In this document: positions 12,101-25,031 of the stretch, piece by piece | Numbering within the stretch: the first letter of the stretch is position 1 | How the letters are laid out: each line of letters begins with the position of its first letter | DNA from: Amoebophrya sp. A120 | Taxonomy: Eukaryota; Protista; Dinoflagellata | Direction of reading: 5' to 3' | Assembly (NCBI GenBank): GCA_905178155.1 | Contig: CAJINV010000008.1 | Location: 3,336,013-3,400,012 of the forward strand | Length of the DNA stretch: 64,000 bases | Position numbers and translations under genes: made by a program | Notes under the pieces: model-generated | The model's input: the letters and a program-made list of their open reading frames with translations, nothing else | Database searches by the model: none | What the model was told of the DNA's origin: nothing

Positions 12101-15100
12101 CAAGTGCTGCCCCACGCTTTTGTCATGGAGCAGCGCAGTTTGCGGCCACGCAGATGAATAGGACTCAAGAACACCTAGCGACTCAAAACTACTTGTCATC
12201 ATGCTCATGCTCGGCCACCAATTCAGGCGGCGTCATGATTTTCCAACCTCCCATATCACAGATTTCTTCCAGACCCAGACATATTTCTTTGCATTGGATA
12301 ACGAGCAACTCCACCATTTCCGCTCTCCCCGCCCGCACAGCGACGGAGACCACGGGCGTCGCGAAGTTCCTATTGACCACCGCCGGCTGGTTTTCCGCGA
12401 CTCGCTCGTCGCTCTCCATCAGCCACATCATCATCCGGACCCACCCCTTCGCGGCAGCGGCGTGCAGCGGCGTCAGGGCGGAATGGTGCGGATGCGGGAC
12501 CGTGAGCAGGTCGAACAGGTCGTAAGTAGGAGAAGATCTTCCAGCCTGCTTCTTCTTCGAACACGTGCTTGTTCCGCCACCTCGTCCAGTCGAACATGAG
12601 GACGCCCGGAAAAACTGCCCGCATAAATACTGCACCGTCTCCAGCGCCTGTTCCTCGTGCGCCTCCGTGTAATGCGGATAGGAAATCGCAGAGATGATCG
12701 CCAGCTGCACCGTCGCGAAGTCTAGTACTCGTGATGCGGAACAACCGGTCGAAATTCTACTTCTTGTGCGCTTTATTGTAGTTCCCGCAGCTGTGGTCTG
12801 CTGCAGCTCCTGCGGTTGAAGTGCGGGAGCGCTGCATGATGAAGATGTTGTACCAGTGGACGTCGTCGTCCTTCTCCTTCGGAGAGGACTACTGGCGGTG
12901 AGCTGGGCAGGAGCGAGGTGGACCAACTCTACTGCTTCTTCATTTGTAATTATGCCTTCTGCACTTTTCATCCTGCTCGTCCTCCGGGTAGCAGTCTGGA
13001 GGTGTACCGCTGGTTGCACGTTCAGTCCCACCTCTGGTGATCCTTCATGATGGCCATCAAGTGGAAACACTACCGTACTGTCGGCTCCGTCCTGCTCAAC
13101 ATTTGACGTTGATGTGCAGTAACCCTGCTGCAGCAGCCTTTGCTGTACTTCCGTATAATTATCCGTGTCAACCTCCACTACAGGAACAGCTGCAGAAGCG
13201 GCGACTTCGCTGCTTTTTCTTTTCACCTCTGTTGAAGATGTTCTACTTGGCGAGGTGAAGGGTTCTTCATCTACTTCCGGGTTCTCGGACCTTGTGGCCT
13301 CTTGCAGCTGCGACTGCCTACAACTTTTGCTTTCCCCGCGTAAAACTACATGCTCGTCACCTCCTTCCGCGCCTGCTTCGATCCAGCCCGCGTAGTATTC
13401 TTCAACGAGAATTTTCAGCACTTCCACGTCGTGCTGGCGTGCGAACACCTGCAAGGGCGTCTCCAGAAACGAAACCAGGACCGGCGTGCGCCGGGCCTCC
13501 TGGTGCGCGAGCCCCGGGTCGAGGTGCAACAGCTTCCGCACGATTTCCACGCGCTTCCGCGGGTTCGAAATCTCCCCACACACGTGCAGGACGCCCAACT
13601 TGGTCCCGGGATCCGGGTGAAGGTCCAAAACGAGTTGTGCAGCGTCCTCGTCATCCGGTGCCCCCCGGTCACCGCGACGACCAGAGGTGGTGCTGTTGTT
13701 CTTGTTCCCTTCTGCGTCAAGTAGGACTTCCTCAAGTGGTACTTCGCCACCGGCGGCGTCGTCGGCCGGACCAGCGGTTCGCGGCGAGCCGCCGCTCTCT
13801 GGTACTAATACGGCCTCTTCGACGAAGGACGAAGTACCACTACCACTCTCCCCTGTCGTCCTTCGCTGATCTTCGTCCGGCCCTGCCTTTGCGGCCGCCG
13901 CGTCACAAAGATTCAGGAAAACGAGTGCGGTCTCCGGGGCGTCCTGCATCAGCGCCTGCACCACCGGCCTCCACCCCAGAATCGTTTCCTTCACGGTCGC
14001 TTCGTCTTGCATCACCCGGATTTCGCACCGCACGTTGACGTCCAACTGCGCGCGAAACGCGGGACACTGCTTCCGTTTCTCCAGCAAGTAACTCGCGACC
14101 GCACTGCCCACCTCGTCCTCGAGAAACAGCCCGCACGCGTGCAGCAGACTGCTCCCCAGACACATCGCGTACGGCCCGCGGACCAAAGACGCGCCGTTCG
14201 TGGTCGTGGGTGGAATGGTTCCTCTAGTGCAGCTGCTGACACGGTCTTCTTCATCTACTTCAGATGTGCTGGTGTGTTCTTCGTCTTGTTGTTCCGAGTG
14301 TCTCACTGGCCAACCCTTCTCGACAACGACATGATCATCGTCTTCGGGAGCAGGACGATGCCCTGGCCTTTTTTTCAACGTCGTTGTAACAAAGCCGCCC
14401 TTGTTCGTAGGACGGCGGCGAGGAGTAGAATGCTTCTCCTCACGGTAGTCCTTATTTCCGCTTCTTCTGCTTTTTACCTGCTTCTCATTCCAGTAATAGA
14501 AGCACTTCCTTGGTTCCAGCAGCGCCACGCCGCCCGCGTAGTTCCAGTCGAACCCCCCCTTCTTGTGCACCAGGTCAATCACCTTAAACAGGAACTCCCG
14601 CGACGGGCCCGCCACCTGGTTCGCCTCGGAGGGCTTCCGCGGCTTCGACTCCGTGCGCCAGAGGAGCAGCTGCAGAAAATTCGTGTCGAACACCTGGCCC
14701 TGGGCAGAAAGTTCGTGGCTCAGCCCGTTCAAATCCACACTGTGGATGTTATTGTTCACTTTCATTTCCGCGGGCCCGGGCTGGTGTTCCGCTCCGCGTG
14801 CAACGGACTGCGTTGCTGTTGTTCCTCCGCCCGACGAGCCGGGTTGCTGGTGAGCCCGCTGTTGGTCCTGTGGTTGTGCCACAACATGATCCTGGCCAGG
14901 GGGGGTGGAGTCCCTTTGTTCTTCCGTCGCAGAAGATGAATCAGCTATTGATACCTGTTGTTCAGCATCTTGTTTTTCGTCCCCACTTCTAGAAGCACAG
15001 GCTGGATTTCTTTTTGCAGCTGTTGGTGATGTTGCATTCGCGTCAGAATCTGGTCCCTGTTCGACGACCACGGGGTCGTTGCTGCTCCTGCTCGACAGGT

Positions 15101-18100
15101 GACTGCAGCTCTCGCCTTCTACTTCGTACGGAAACAGGAGCGCCTTCAGGTGCGCCAGAACTTGCAAGTCCAGTCCGGTGGCGTTCCACGCGAGCCAGTG
15201 CAGCAGTTGCGCCCCGTTGCAGTTCCGCAGGTTCGGGTTCGCGCCATAGTTCAGCAGCAGGTTGCAAATCACCGGCTTCCGCGCCTGCCACAGCGGAAAG
15301 GCCGGCGTGGGATCGAACGAAACAGGAGGTCGTTCGCCTCCTTGATCCGCGGTTCCGTTGTTTCCTGACAAGGAAATAACACCGGCTGTGGCGCTCGGAC
15401 CCGTCGTGGTCAAAGAACTTCCAGCCCCGGGCCCGCCCCGGCCGCGTGCACTTGATCCTCCGGCATTAGAATTAGTACTGGTGCCGGCGGGGGCACCGGG
15501 CGCTGGTGCTGCTGGCCCCCGAATTGTACTTCCTGCTGCAGTTGAAGTTGCAGCACTCGTTAGGCCGTGCCTTGGCCCGGAAGTAGTAGTTGAAGCTGAC
15601 GCCTCCTGTCGCGTCTGGTTGCCACCGATCTCCTCGGCCCCCCGAAGTAGACTAGACGGCCTCTTTCGCCCGGCGAACATTCCCAAATTTGGATCGCACT
15701 GCACCTCGGGCCCCAGCAGGTAGCGAACCAGCTCCACGTGCCCGTCCCCCACGGCCGGGAGCAACACGCTCACCGAGTGCATCTTGGTCGCCTCGTTGTG
15801 TTTCAGAAAGGAGGCGCCGTACAACTCGACGACCTGCTTCACCACCTCCACGTCGCCCGTGTGAATCAAGTCCAGGATCTGCTCCCCGAGCCACTCCTGC
15901 TTGCTGCTGCAGGTGGACTGCTGCAACACCTGCGGGGGCAGCGTGTCCAGGACTTGCCGGAGGTCCTGCACCGTGTGGCAGTAGTCCGCCAGCCCAAACT
16001 TGACCCGGGCGCCCGGCATCTCAGCCCGGCACGTGGGGCAGGTCATATGAAAAGGAAAAAACCCCCCACCCCATATCGAAAAGGAAACTTGTGACGCTGG
16101 ACTTGCGTACACAAATCCGAGGCGTCTTGCTGGAGGGCACTGAAGGCCCATACCAAGCGTGAGTAGCGGGGCTTTGGCTTAGGCGCTTAGCACGAAATAC
16201 GTCCGCGCTGTAGGCCGAACAGCATGACAAACCGCCTGCACAATGCGGCGGAACCTGCGGAGTTGCCTCCTTGCGAGACAGACACGATTTGTGGTCACAA
16301 ATCAGCATTACAAATTTCCAAAAATATACCTTTTCAGTATGGGGAGGGAGGATTTTTCCTTGCAATAGGACACGAACCCCGTTTTGGGCGCCTCGTAGCT
16401 CCAGCAGGCCGCGCACTCGTAGCAGAACGAGTGCCCGCACAGGTAGTCGACGGACACCAGTTTACGGCTGTAGCAGACGGGGCAATCCACCAAGTCCGCG
16501 TTATAAAACCGGTAGAACCGGCCCTGAATCGGCACTCGGGATGCTGTCATCTTCGTCGAGGCCCTTATCCCGGTTGGAAAAAAGAGCTCTAGTATGCACA
16601 TTTTCTTATCTCGGGCCACACAAGTAGGAAGACAACCTCTGCCACACCGGAAATGCTTCCACCACATCTCGAGTTTCATGCGTGTCACTTTACCTATATG
16701 ATCTCCGCACTCTTCTAGTTTTTCTTTGTCATGCCGGGCTAGTTTCGGTTCTAGTACTCTAGAACGTCGCACGAATTTTTATATCAATAAATGCGTAACT
16801 GTAGATACTAACACTTTTTTCCTTGGATACAAGAAGAAGTCCTCACTGAAAGAGGACTTTTAGCCACGGTAGAGGCCGTCGGAAGAGAATCCTGAGCCCC
16901 CGGCTCGCTCGCCGGCGTTCCAAGAATCGACGGCGGTGGTGAAGACGACCTCCCTGCCGGCGTAGTTCGAGCGTCGCTGGTGGTAGAACAAGTGGGCCGC
17001 GTCTCAGCAAGGGCTGGACTGGACGAGAGAGAAGCTGGGGAACGACAATTTAACTCCAAATTCTGCTCTGTGCTCGTCCCACCATTTCTGTGCGAGTCAT
17101 TCGACGCCGCTTTGGATAAATTGTATTGTATTTGATCCGCTCTTGTTTCAAACAGACGCGGCGCCCGCTCTTTAGCCCTGCTATACTTGCAGCAACCCGC
17201 CGGACAGCGAGGCTGTGGAGGCCCGGCGAAACGTAACCCTCCTACGCAGTCGCCACATCAAGTGGCGAGAGCTGGAGGAGAACAGCGCGCTGGAGGTTTG
17301 TGGCCTTGGCAGACCGGCTCTTGCACTCGTTCCGTATAGTAGCACCAATGAATCAGAGGGCGCACACCAGGTGGGCAACACAGATTGATTATACTACGGC
17401 GAAAGGATCCCGATTCGCGCTACCTGGGCGCGTCCTTTAATTGTCGTCTGACTTTAGGCCGGACACTATCTGTGCGGGAAGGGCGCGGCCCTTCTCCGCC
17501 ATGGGCGGCGCGCGCGCGGGCGGGCGCCCTTCGTCAAGAAGGGCGGCGCCGGCCCCGCCAGGGGGCTGGGGGTGCCCGCCGCGGCTTTCCCGAATAGCGC
17601 AGGCCCCACCGCTTCCTTCCATCCCCGGGAAGTGCCGCAAGCTGCTGCGCGCGGCGTAGGGCGCTAGGGCTTACGGCGGTGCGAGCGTGCCCACTAATTC
17701 GGCCGAAGGCCGAGAGGGACACACCATGCCGGGCCTCTTTGCACACGACGCGGCAACACACCCGAGGGCCTTCCTCGGAGTGGTCGGGCAGGGTGTGGCG
17801 CTGGGCTGTTCAGGTTAAGCCGGCCGAAGCCCCACAACCATCTCACCCAAAAGAGACGGCGAGGCGCCTCGCCTGCTCACCAGGAGCCTGCAAGGCTCGC
17901 CCGCTTCCAGAGCGGGGCTCTTCTTCAAGAAGAGAACACCCACCAGGGGTAGGGGGATCGCGCGCAGGATTGCGGGCGCCGCCCTTCTTCACTCGCCAGG
18001 AGCAGCGGCGTATTGCCGCTTAGTTTGCGCGATTCGATGCGTCTACTTCTAGTAGCGCATCTGGGCACAAGGCCCCTGTCACGACTTCCCTTCCCACCAG

Positions 18101-18310
18101 GGGCGGGCCCGCTTTGGATAAATCACTCTTCGTGGTAGAAGCCACTTCCGGGCTCATTTCGTTGGAGATCTCCACGGAGAAGGTAACATCGATACGATCG
18201 TCCGCCGGCCCGGCTGTCTCGTCAGTACAAAACGTTTTCACCGTGGTCCCTTGGTAGGTGGGCGTTGTTCCAGCACCCATTGCAACTTCGTCGCCGCCTC
18301 TGTAAGACAT
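9188..18310 (-). CDS. Large RING-finger (C3HC4) + ankyrin-repeat protein, putative E3 ligase; about 12 exons, ends uncertain
   Basis: Spliced RING CPVC...CGHSFCYECAAC...VSCPTCR across 16046-16367. Ankyrin motifs LTPLHAAAAKG and GRAEMVELLVEAYGADLEAR (across 11995-12300). ORFs 18020..18310, 17181..17381, 16808..17059, 12189..16151, 11767..12006, 11182..11433, 10755..11315, 10164..10586, 9499..9816 and 9188..9418 mostly join in frame; the junction near 11160-11280 is unresolved. Confidence 0.75.
9344..9643. mobile_element. Family-B TIR intron element
   Basis: TATCCTGTGTAAAAACG...CGTTTTTACAAAGAATA. Removing element+5 nt fuses AEEEDH to GPAVAID. Confidence 0.8.
9838..10209. mobile_element. Decayed family-D-like TIR intron element
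   Basis: Left end TATGACAATGAAAAGCGCCCCAC; right end degenerate (rc TACCACCGTGAAACAAAGTCTACCCAC). Removing element+5 nt is in frame. Confidence 0.45.
10542..10950. mobile_element. Decayed family-C/D-like TIR intron element
   Basis: TATTGTATGGAAAATCGCCCC...GCATTTTTCAGGTTGATA; DR TCGTC/TGCTC; gives SAEH|HLDFKRIK. Confidence 0.65.
11419..11797. mobile_element. Decayed TIR intron element
   Basis: TATGACGATGCACATCTCC versus rc TATCCGACGAGTGCACATGTCC. Removing element+5 nt gives EMAAKL|LYCYG. Confidence 0.65.
11995..12300. mobile_element. Family-A TIR intron element splitting an ankyrin repeat
   Basis: TATGCATTGCAAG...CTTCCAGACCCAGACATATTTCTTTGCATTGGATA; perfect DR ACGAG; restores ELLVEAYGADLEAR. 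Confidence 0.88.
16046..16367. mobile_element. Family-C TIR intron element splitting the RING finger
   Basis: TATGAAAAGGAAAAAACCCCCCACCCCATA...TATGGGGAGGGAGGATTTTTCCTTGCAATA; DR GGTCA/GGACA; restores GFVS|CPTCR. Confidence 0.92.
16566..16829. mobile_element. Decayed TIR intron element
   Basis: TATCCCGGTTGGAAAAAAGAG versus rc TATCCAAGGAAAAAAGTG; internal TTTGTCATGC. Removing element+5 nt gives TSSC|STKMTAS. Confidence 0.7.
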
Positions 18311-19881
18311 TGCTGGCGAGAAAAGCCTCTAAACTTTTTGATGGGCGGCCGAGCGAAAAAAGTTGTGATTATACAAAAGCTTTTTCCTCAACGAACGGAT
18401 GATAATAGAAGTCGTGTAGTAACAAGGGTAAGAGGCAAGAAATCGAAAGCATCCTTTAATTGTGGCCAATATGATATGATAGCACTGTTAGGGAAATAAG
18501 ATACAACAAAAGCAGTACTTCGTGTTGTCGCTCGTTAGATCATACTCTAGTGCTATTACTGTCATCGCTGTTGCTTGTGAATCCACACTTCACGTACCTA
18601 CTACAATGTTATCCTACCTGTACTTGTATCACCGTGTTTCTGTCTACACTAAGCGAAGTAGGCGGAAGCGGAACCACGACTTCTGCATGAAACTTCGACA
18701 CAGCTATACCCCGATTCGATCGACTTGGTCCCTGCACCGGGATTAAGCGCGTCGATCTAGTTCTCTACCCACTGCTGGAGGATCATATACATGGACCAAT
18801 TTCTTGCAAATTAACTGAAGGGCAAAAGCGCGATAAAAACAGAGCAGTTTGATCGATCATTTTCTTCGCAGATCCGCGCGCGGCAAGATCCCGCAAAGTA
18901 GAGATCACGACTCGGTGCGCTTTCTGTGTCTTGCTTATCGCTTTCTTGTGCGTGATGGCTACGCTGGAAGGATCTTTTCTTTGATAGATTCGGCTCAGCA
19001 ACGAGCCGCAGTTTCCGAAAAGGGAGCAATATCCGCAAGAACAAACCATCCTGGCATAGTCTTCCGGTCTCGGCACGCTGTCAAAAAAATTGAACTTTAT
19101 CGTTTCGCACAACCCACGGATCTTACCTTCGCGACATCACTTCGCCCAACCGCCGAAGTCTTACGTGCGGTCGCGGGCACTCGCAATTTCTCCTCTACCT
19201 ATCAATCTGTTGTAAGTCCTGCGACGCATTTTTCAGTAAAAACCTGTTGTGGAAGTGGAAAAAGCAGAAAGTTGCATCAAATACATTAACAAACCTTCAG
19301 TCCGGTCGAGCCGATCAAATGAATCCGTCAGATACGTCTTAGCTTATCTTAGTGCACTTAAATATTCAAAATAATCATACACGGTGTCTTAAAGGAAGGA
19401 AACAACGCAGGTCATTGATAATATTGTTTTTTTATTTACATATTAATTTGGACGAGAAACATCGACGCGCGCTTTTCTTGTAAGGAAATATCTGGGCAGC
19501 GCCTTTATTGGTATTTTTTTCAGGTCTTTCGCCCTACCGGTAATGTCTCAACCGAAGGCTGACAGAGGCAGAGTAGGCTGGCCCTTTTTAATACCCACAC
19601 CCACAGCCACGCCTGCAGCTTCGACCGTAATGCATTATTTCTTTCTCTCAGGTAAGATGAGATCATCGTTTGAAATAGCCTCAAGAAATGGAGGAAGGTG
19701 TCGAGGAAGATAGAATGAAGGTACAACCATCAGATCAAGTGAGGCTTCTCGTCCTGTCAAAAACTTATCTTTACTTTATCAATTCTTCCTAGCTGAGTAG
19801 AAGAAATGTTCCACATCCGAGCAGGGTACTCGGCGTCAAAACGATACAGAACTACAACTACTGCCCTGCTTTTGCACTGGC

Positions 19882-22569
19882 TCAGACAGTGCTGCCAGCA
19901 GACACTCCGACATGCCCCATGGAGGATGGCGAAACCGATTGCAATATCCTGAGCAAAAACGTCCGCACCCGAGTTGGCAATTTTTCTACAACACAAATCT
20001 GCAGACTTTGCCTTTGGGAGTCACGCATGACATACACAGACTGTGCATCTGCGCCAACGCATGACAAGCTTCTCTCTGTATGAACAAACTGTGCGGCTGC
20101 AACTCTCCGTATAAACAGACAAGCTTCTCGATGTAGTGTAGTTCAGTTTAGCAAGAAAATAAACATACGAAATCCATCGGCTTATCCTGTTTACAGTCTT
20201 ATCGTTATCAATACCAAAACACAAAAAGAAATGCTTTTCGTGCTGGGGGTGCGCATGTTTCTGTAGATGCAAATCAGCATTACAACTCTGGGGTGGGGAC
20301 GCTTCTACACAGGATATGGGAAGCCCCCGAGGTCGACTCCGACAGCAACGGGGTCGTGGGAGAAGCAGTGTAGGCTCGTCCATTCTCCTCAGGTCGGAGA
20401 GCGTCCAGCCAAAGCGCGCCCCCGGCACCGTCATACTCGTCTTGCTCTCTCTGCTCAGCGAGATCGCTGGTGAGCGCCGCTGCAGACGGGTAGTTGGCGG
20501 TGGAAAGCGATGTACTGGACGAAGGTGTTGGAGAAACAGGCACTGCAGCGGTCCCGATCTCCTCCATCCGGCCAATTTCCTCGCCCCTCAGCTCTACGGC
20601 CGAAACAGCAGGTGCAGTTTCTGCGTCAGTGACGGCCGCAGTTGCAATTGACGGCGTTTCCGCTTGTTCGGCGGTCTGGCCAAGGAACTCCGTGCTGCTG
20701 GTTCCAAATTCACCTTCGTAAGGAGCGATAGCATCTGCACTCTCCCCTCGAGTTTCGCTCACCAGCAGTTCTGGTAACCCGGCAGAAGAAGCGGGAACCG
20801 TCGCTCTCCGGTCTCGATCATCAGCCGAAAACTGCACGAAGGAACTCCGCCAAAACCGCCACCCACCCCCCGTCCCGGTTGTTCCTTGGGTCGACGTACT
20901 CTCCTCGCTGTCGTCATTATCGCGGTCACCTATCGGAAACGTCTGCCTCGTGCTTGCCACCGTTGCATGCACTGTTGGTTGCGTTTGCCGCAGAAGCCAG
21001 TCTTGCCAGCGCGCTTTTTCTTTGTCTTCCTTCCATCCGCTGCGACGAGTAACAGCCGTGTAAGGGATAAACGGGCGCGAACGTGGATTACCTTCGCGGT
21101 CTCTCGTGAAACGATCTCTTGCAGCTGCATTCCCTCCGACGCGGTTCACAATTCCGTCATGTGCATTTTGATACATGGCGCCCGTTACTCTGTTCCCTTG
21201 CGCTTTTTCGTCTCTTGCCGTGCCCAGCATTCCCCAAAATCCATCGTTGCCCGCTGCGACCCCAAAACGTCCTGTTTCCGTATCCAAGGCGGGTCTCACA
21301 CCGGCACAGTCGAACCTTCTCCTTCTTCCGGTACAATCGGTAATTTCAAAGTCGTCTACCTTGAACGCGCGTCCGGTTGTAATGACACCACCGCTGCTGG
21401 GAGGAGTCCAGCCTGGAGGACGACGAAAGCCAGGAGGACGCGTTTCCTCAATCTCCATTTCGATTTCCTCCTCGCTGCTTGCTGAATTACAACAGCACGA
21501 CCACCACGATGAGTCCTCTGCATCCTTTTTCCTCCTGGGTGGTCGCACTGCAACTTGTACCAGGGCCGAGGACGCAGCAGGAGCTCCTGTCGTGTCGTTC
21601 GCGGACGAGGTTGTGCTTCCTCTCGCTCCATACCGGTCAGAAGATTCCTGGGGAAACACGTCGCGTCCCGCGCTCTCTTGATGCTTGCAGAACTTCGTGT
21701 ACTCAACGACGTCCACAACACCGTTTCCGTCCAAGTCTAGCGTTGCGAGCGGACACATCGGCGGACTTTCCCCCGTCCTCGGGTCGAGCACGAAGTCGCG
21801 ATTCTTGTCGTGCGCGTACATATTGTCTGCCACGCCCAGGTCGCACATGTCCTCGAGGAGGAGCGCTACCGTCTCATCGTTTGTCACGTTTTGTGTCGCT
21901 GTTGTATTCATCAGATTCGCGGCCAGTGCCACTTCGTATTGCCCGCGTTCTTGTTCGCCGTTNTGTTGTATTCATCAGATTCGCGGCCAGTGCCACTTCG
22001 TATTGCCCGCGTTCTTGTTCGCCGTTAGACTCCTCCTGCCCCCCCCCCCCCCCCCCCCCGCCCGCCTGACCAGCGGAGGTGGGTTCTACTTCTTCCGTCA
22101 CGCCGGTGTCACTCACCGCTAGAACAGCGGGCGCTGGCGTCACGGTCCTCGTGGTCGCAGCCGTGGAACTACCTCCCGGCGCACCATCATGTAGCGGAAG
22201 GTCATCCCGGGGCAAAGCTGCACTCTCCTCCTCGTCCAGAAACATCGTGCCCGCTGCGACCTCGTCGGAGAACTCATCTTCCGCGTAGTCGGTGATCAGC
22301 ACCCTCGGGGGCGCGACGTGGCGCCGCGGTTCCGCCGCAGCCGACGTTACCGCACTCTTATCATCCCCCTCACCGAGTCGGCACAACACCGGCACCACGA
22401 CATAGAACATCCATGCCAACGCGACAGGAGAAAGTGTAAAAAAGTACATCGGCGTTGTGGTGGCTGTCGAAGAAGATCTAACAGCACGGAGGAACCGAGG
22501 AGAAGCGAACGCACTGCGGTTACCGGCAACAGAAGAAGCGCTGCGCGAAGTACTGTTCTCAGACGCCAT
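19882..22569 (-). CDS. EF-hand-containing putative membrane/secreted protein
   Basis: EF-hand loop DLDGNGVVDVVEY; hydrophobic segment FFTLSPVALAWMFYVVVPVLC. ORFs 21874..22707 and 20280..21932 fuse once the duplication around the N is removed. Last exon joins across 19945-20316. Confidence 0.65.
19945..20316. mobile_element. Family-B TIR intron element
   Basis: TATCCTGAGCAAAAACGTCCGCACCC...GGGGTGGGGACGCTTCTACACAGGATA; DR TGCAA/TGGGA; joins GAS to QSVSPSS. Confidence 0.8.
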
Positions 22570-25031
22570 CTTCTCCGCAGCCCTTTTAACGTCGGACTCG
22601 AGGACGATATTCTGGCAACCAAGGATCGTCGTGCCTGGTGTAGAGAAATGAACATGGACATTAAGGAGCAGTCGCCTCAATTCCAGACTATGTGCGATCT
22701 TATTCAATCCTCCAAAAACTGCCTACGCGAGATGCACATGCTGACTACAGAAAAAAAACATCAAAATTCGAACCTAGTGCCTACAGACATAAAATCACTT
22801 AGTGCCTTTACTCAAGATACCACTATCCAGCTCCCGATGTGGTGTGCTCTGGTTCTGCAACCCTGTTGGTTCGTTGCTCTTTCCTGGCGGTCCTGCCGAG
22901 TCAATCAAGCGAAGAAACCGCCCACGGTAAAATTGTTGTGGCTCCGCCGCGCTCTATCAACCAGAAAAGTGCTATACGATAACGGTTTATTTTCACAGAT
23001 TCAGATTGCTTTTACCTGTCTTCATGCATGCTACGGAAGGCATAGTCATTGTCTTTGCATACATTCTTCCGTCACAAATCCCGTTAACGCTGAGGCTGGC
23101 GCTCTTTTCTCTGATATGCTCGAAGACCCTTGCAATCCTCCTCGTGCCTGTTATTGATTGGGTGAAAATTCAGATCGAAAATTCACGAGCCCAGACATCA
23201 TGATACAGTGACATCAATGAACACCAACACAGTCAGAGCCACTCCCAATCCCCCTCCCACAACGATCCGTCGGCAGAGGCGCGACGGCCGATGCTTAAGA
23301 GACCTATAAGCATCCTTGTAGCTGGCATGTGCAACCAACCAGTCGCTGTCGAAAGACATCCGCGGCGACGGCGTGGCTCAACTTATCGATTAACTAGATC
23401 TAAATCTTCTGACGCAAAAAAAAACAAGAAAACGAATAAAGTACTAAAAGTGGTTGCGGCCCGATTCAGCTCTTCTCTTGTCCTGCCTAAGTGGAAGTAA
23501 TCGATCACGAAGAGAAAAATGTTCCCGGCGCCAGTTGTCGTGCAACTCCTCCACGACTACGAGGTGCTGGAGGCGGACAGGACGGCCTCCCGAAGTTCCG
23601 ATGTGACGCGCGCCTCTGTGCCTCTTTGCCGTGCGCCAGAGCCTTTCACGTAAAGTGGTCCGCGGTCTCACCGCGCGAAGTAAGAAGAAGAAGAAGAAAA
23701 AGAAGAAGACTCTGCTCCGTTTCTGCTCTGTTTTTCCGGCACTCGCTTGGGAGCGAAACTCACGCGTCTGCTATGTAAGCTGACGGATCTTCGGCAAACG
23801 CGCAAGCGCTTGGTGCTAGAGTGGGCCTACCACGACAATAGATGCGTGATGACTCAACAGCGACAATGCGTGGCCAAGATTGTTTCAAGCGCCGTCGTGT
23901 TGCACCGTGCTACTCATACTTGTTCAGTATCTCCGCCAGAGAAAAAAAAAGCTTCTGAAGCAAAAGCGTTTTCTTGCTACTGAAATTTGTTTTCAAGATA
24001 ATGAGGATGAGTCCTTTTGTGAGTAACCATATTTTATACGAACTGCTCTCAAAGGCGTCGGCTGTTCGTGATCCACATTATAAGCATCCTTGTGCTTGTC
24101 GTTCGAAGATTGATTACGTATGACGACGATGGATGTGTAACGAAGAGATTACGTATGAAACCGTCTTAGGCGGCGATATGTTCAGGTGACGATAAGTCAT
24201 GGTGACGATGTCTCCCTACGATGAAGGTATGACGATAGCCTGACCATCGATGTGACAAACAACGGTCCTCATCTCCCTTGCGATCTTTTCGTTTTCACAG
24301 CCGTACATGTCCGATTTTTGACATCCACGAGTTCAACGACGCATCTTCATCGTAGTGCACACGATCATTACATCCGATCAAGATCGGAATAAAGATATCC
24401 AAGATCTTTCTGAGTATTTTTTCCGGACGAGGTGCGGAGTGCCCTTCACACCCGCTAAGCTGGATACATAGCGCTGCCTTTTTTAGACGTGGTACCTGAT
24501 TGCGCGGAGAAAACGGGCAGGGAGGCAGCCAGCTGATTTATTGAAATTAACACCTCGGGTCGTGCTCGTGTCCCATTCTTGGAGTTCCACCCGGTACCAA
24601 GAAGACGGACACTTTCGCTTCACCAGCAGTTGCGACACAAGTTTTGCTGTCCTGTCAGTCCTTGAGCTTTCAATTTTTCTATAGTAAGTACACAAAAATA
24701 GCCAGCAACGGCGCAACTTTCTGGTGTCGCCCGGTATGCTGAGCCTAGTCTGGCTAAAGAACCTGTGTCCATTGATTTGCTACATTGAATGTCCATACAC
24801 AGAGTCAGTAACGGGGTGGTTTTTATTTGCATCATCATACAATAAAGTCACTCTTTTGATATCTTCAATAGCCTCTTCTCTGGCGTAGCTCTCGGCCCCA
24901 AATGGGATGGCTCACTTTTCTAGTTATTTTTCATTATTTCTGCAGAAACACGAACAGAATCATATCTAAACTTCTGTAGCAAAATGCAACAATTCATCCA
25001 GCTCGGCGAAACAACTTTTCCTTCGTCCCTC

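Noticed and set aside
21900-22026. 63-bp direct duplication around an N at 21963 that frameshifts the EF-hand gene
   Set aside because: An exact overlap flanking a single N is typical of an unmerged contig join; removing it fuses the ORFs.
24112-24240. Degenerate GATTACGTATGA / TGACGAT repeats
   Set aside because: They are irregular and short, with no supportable function.
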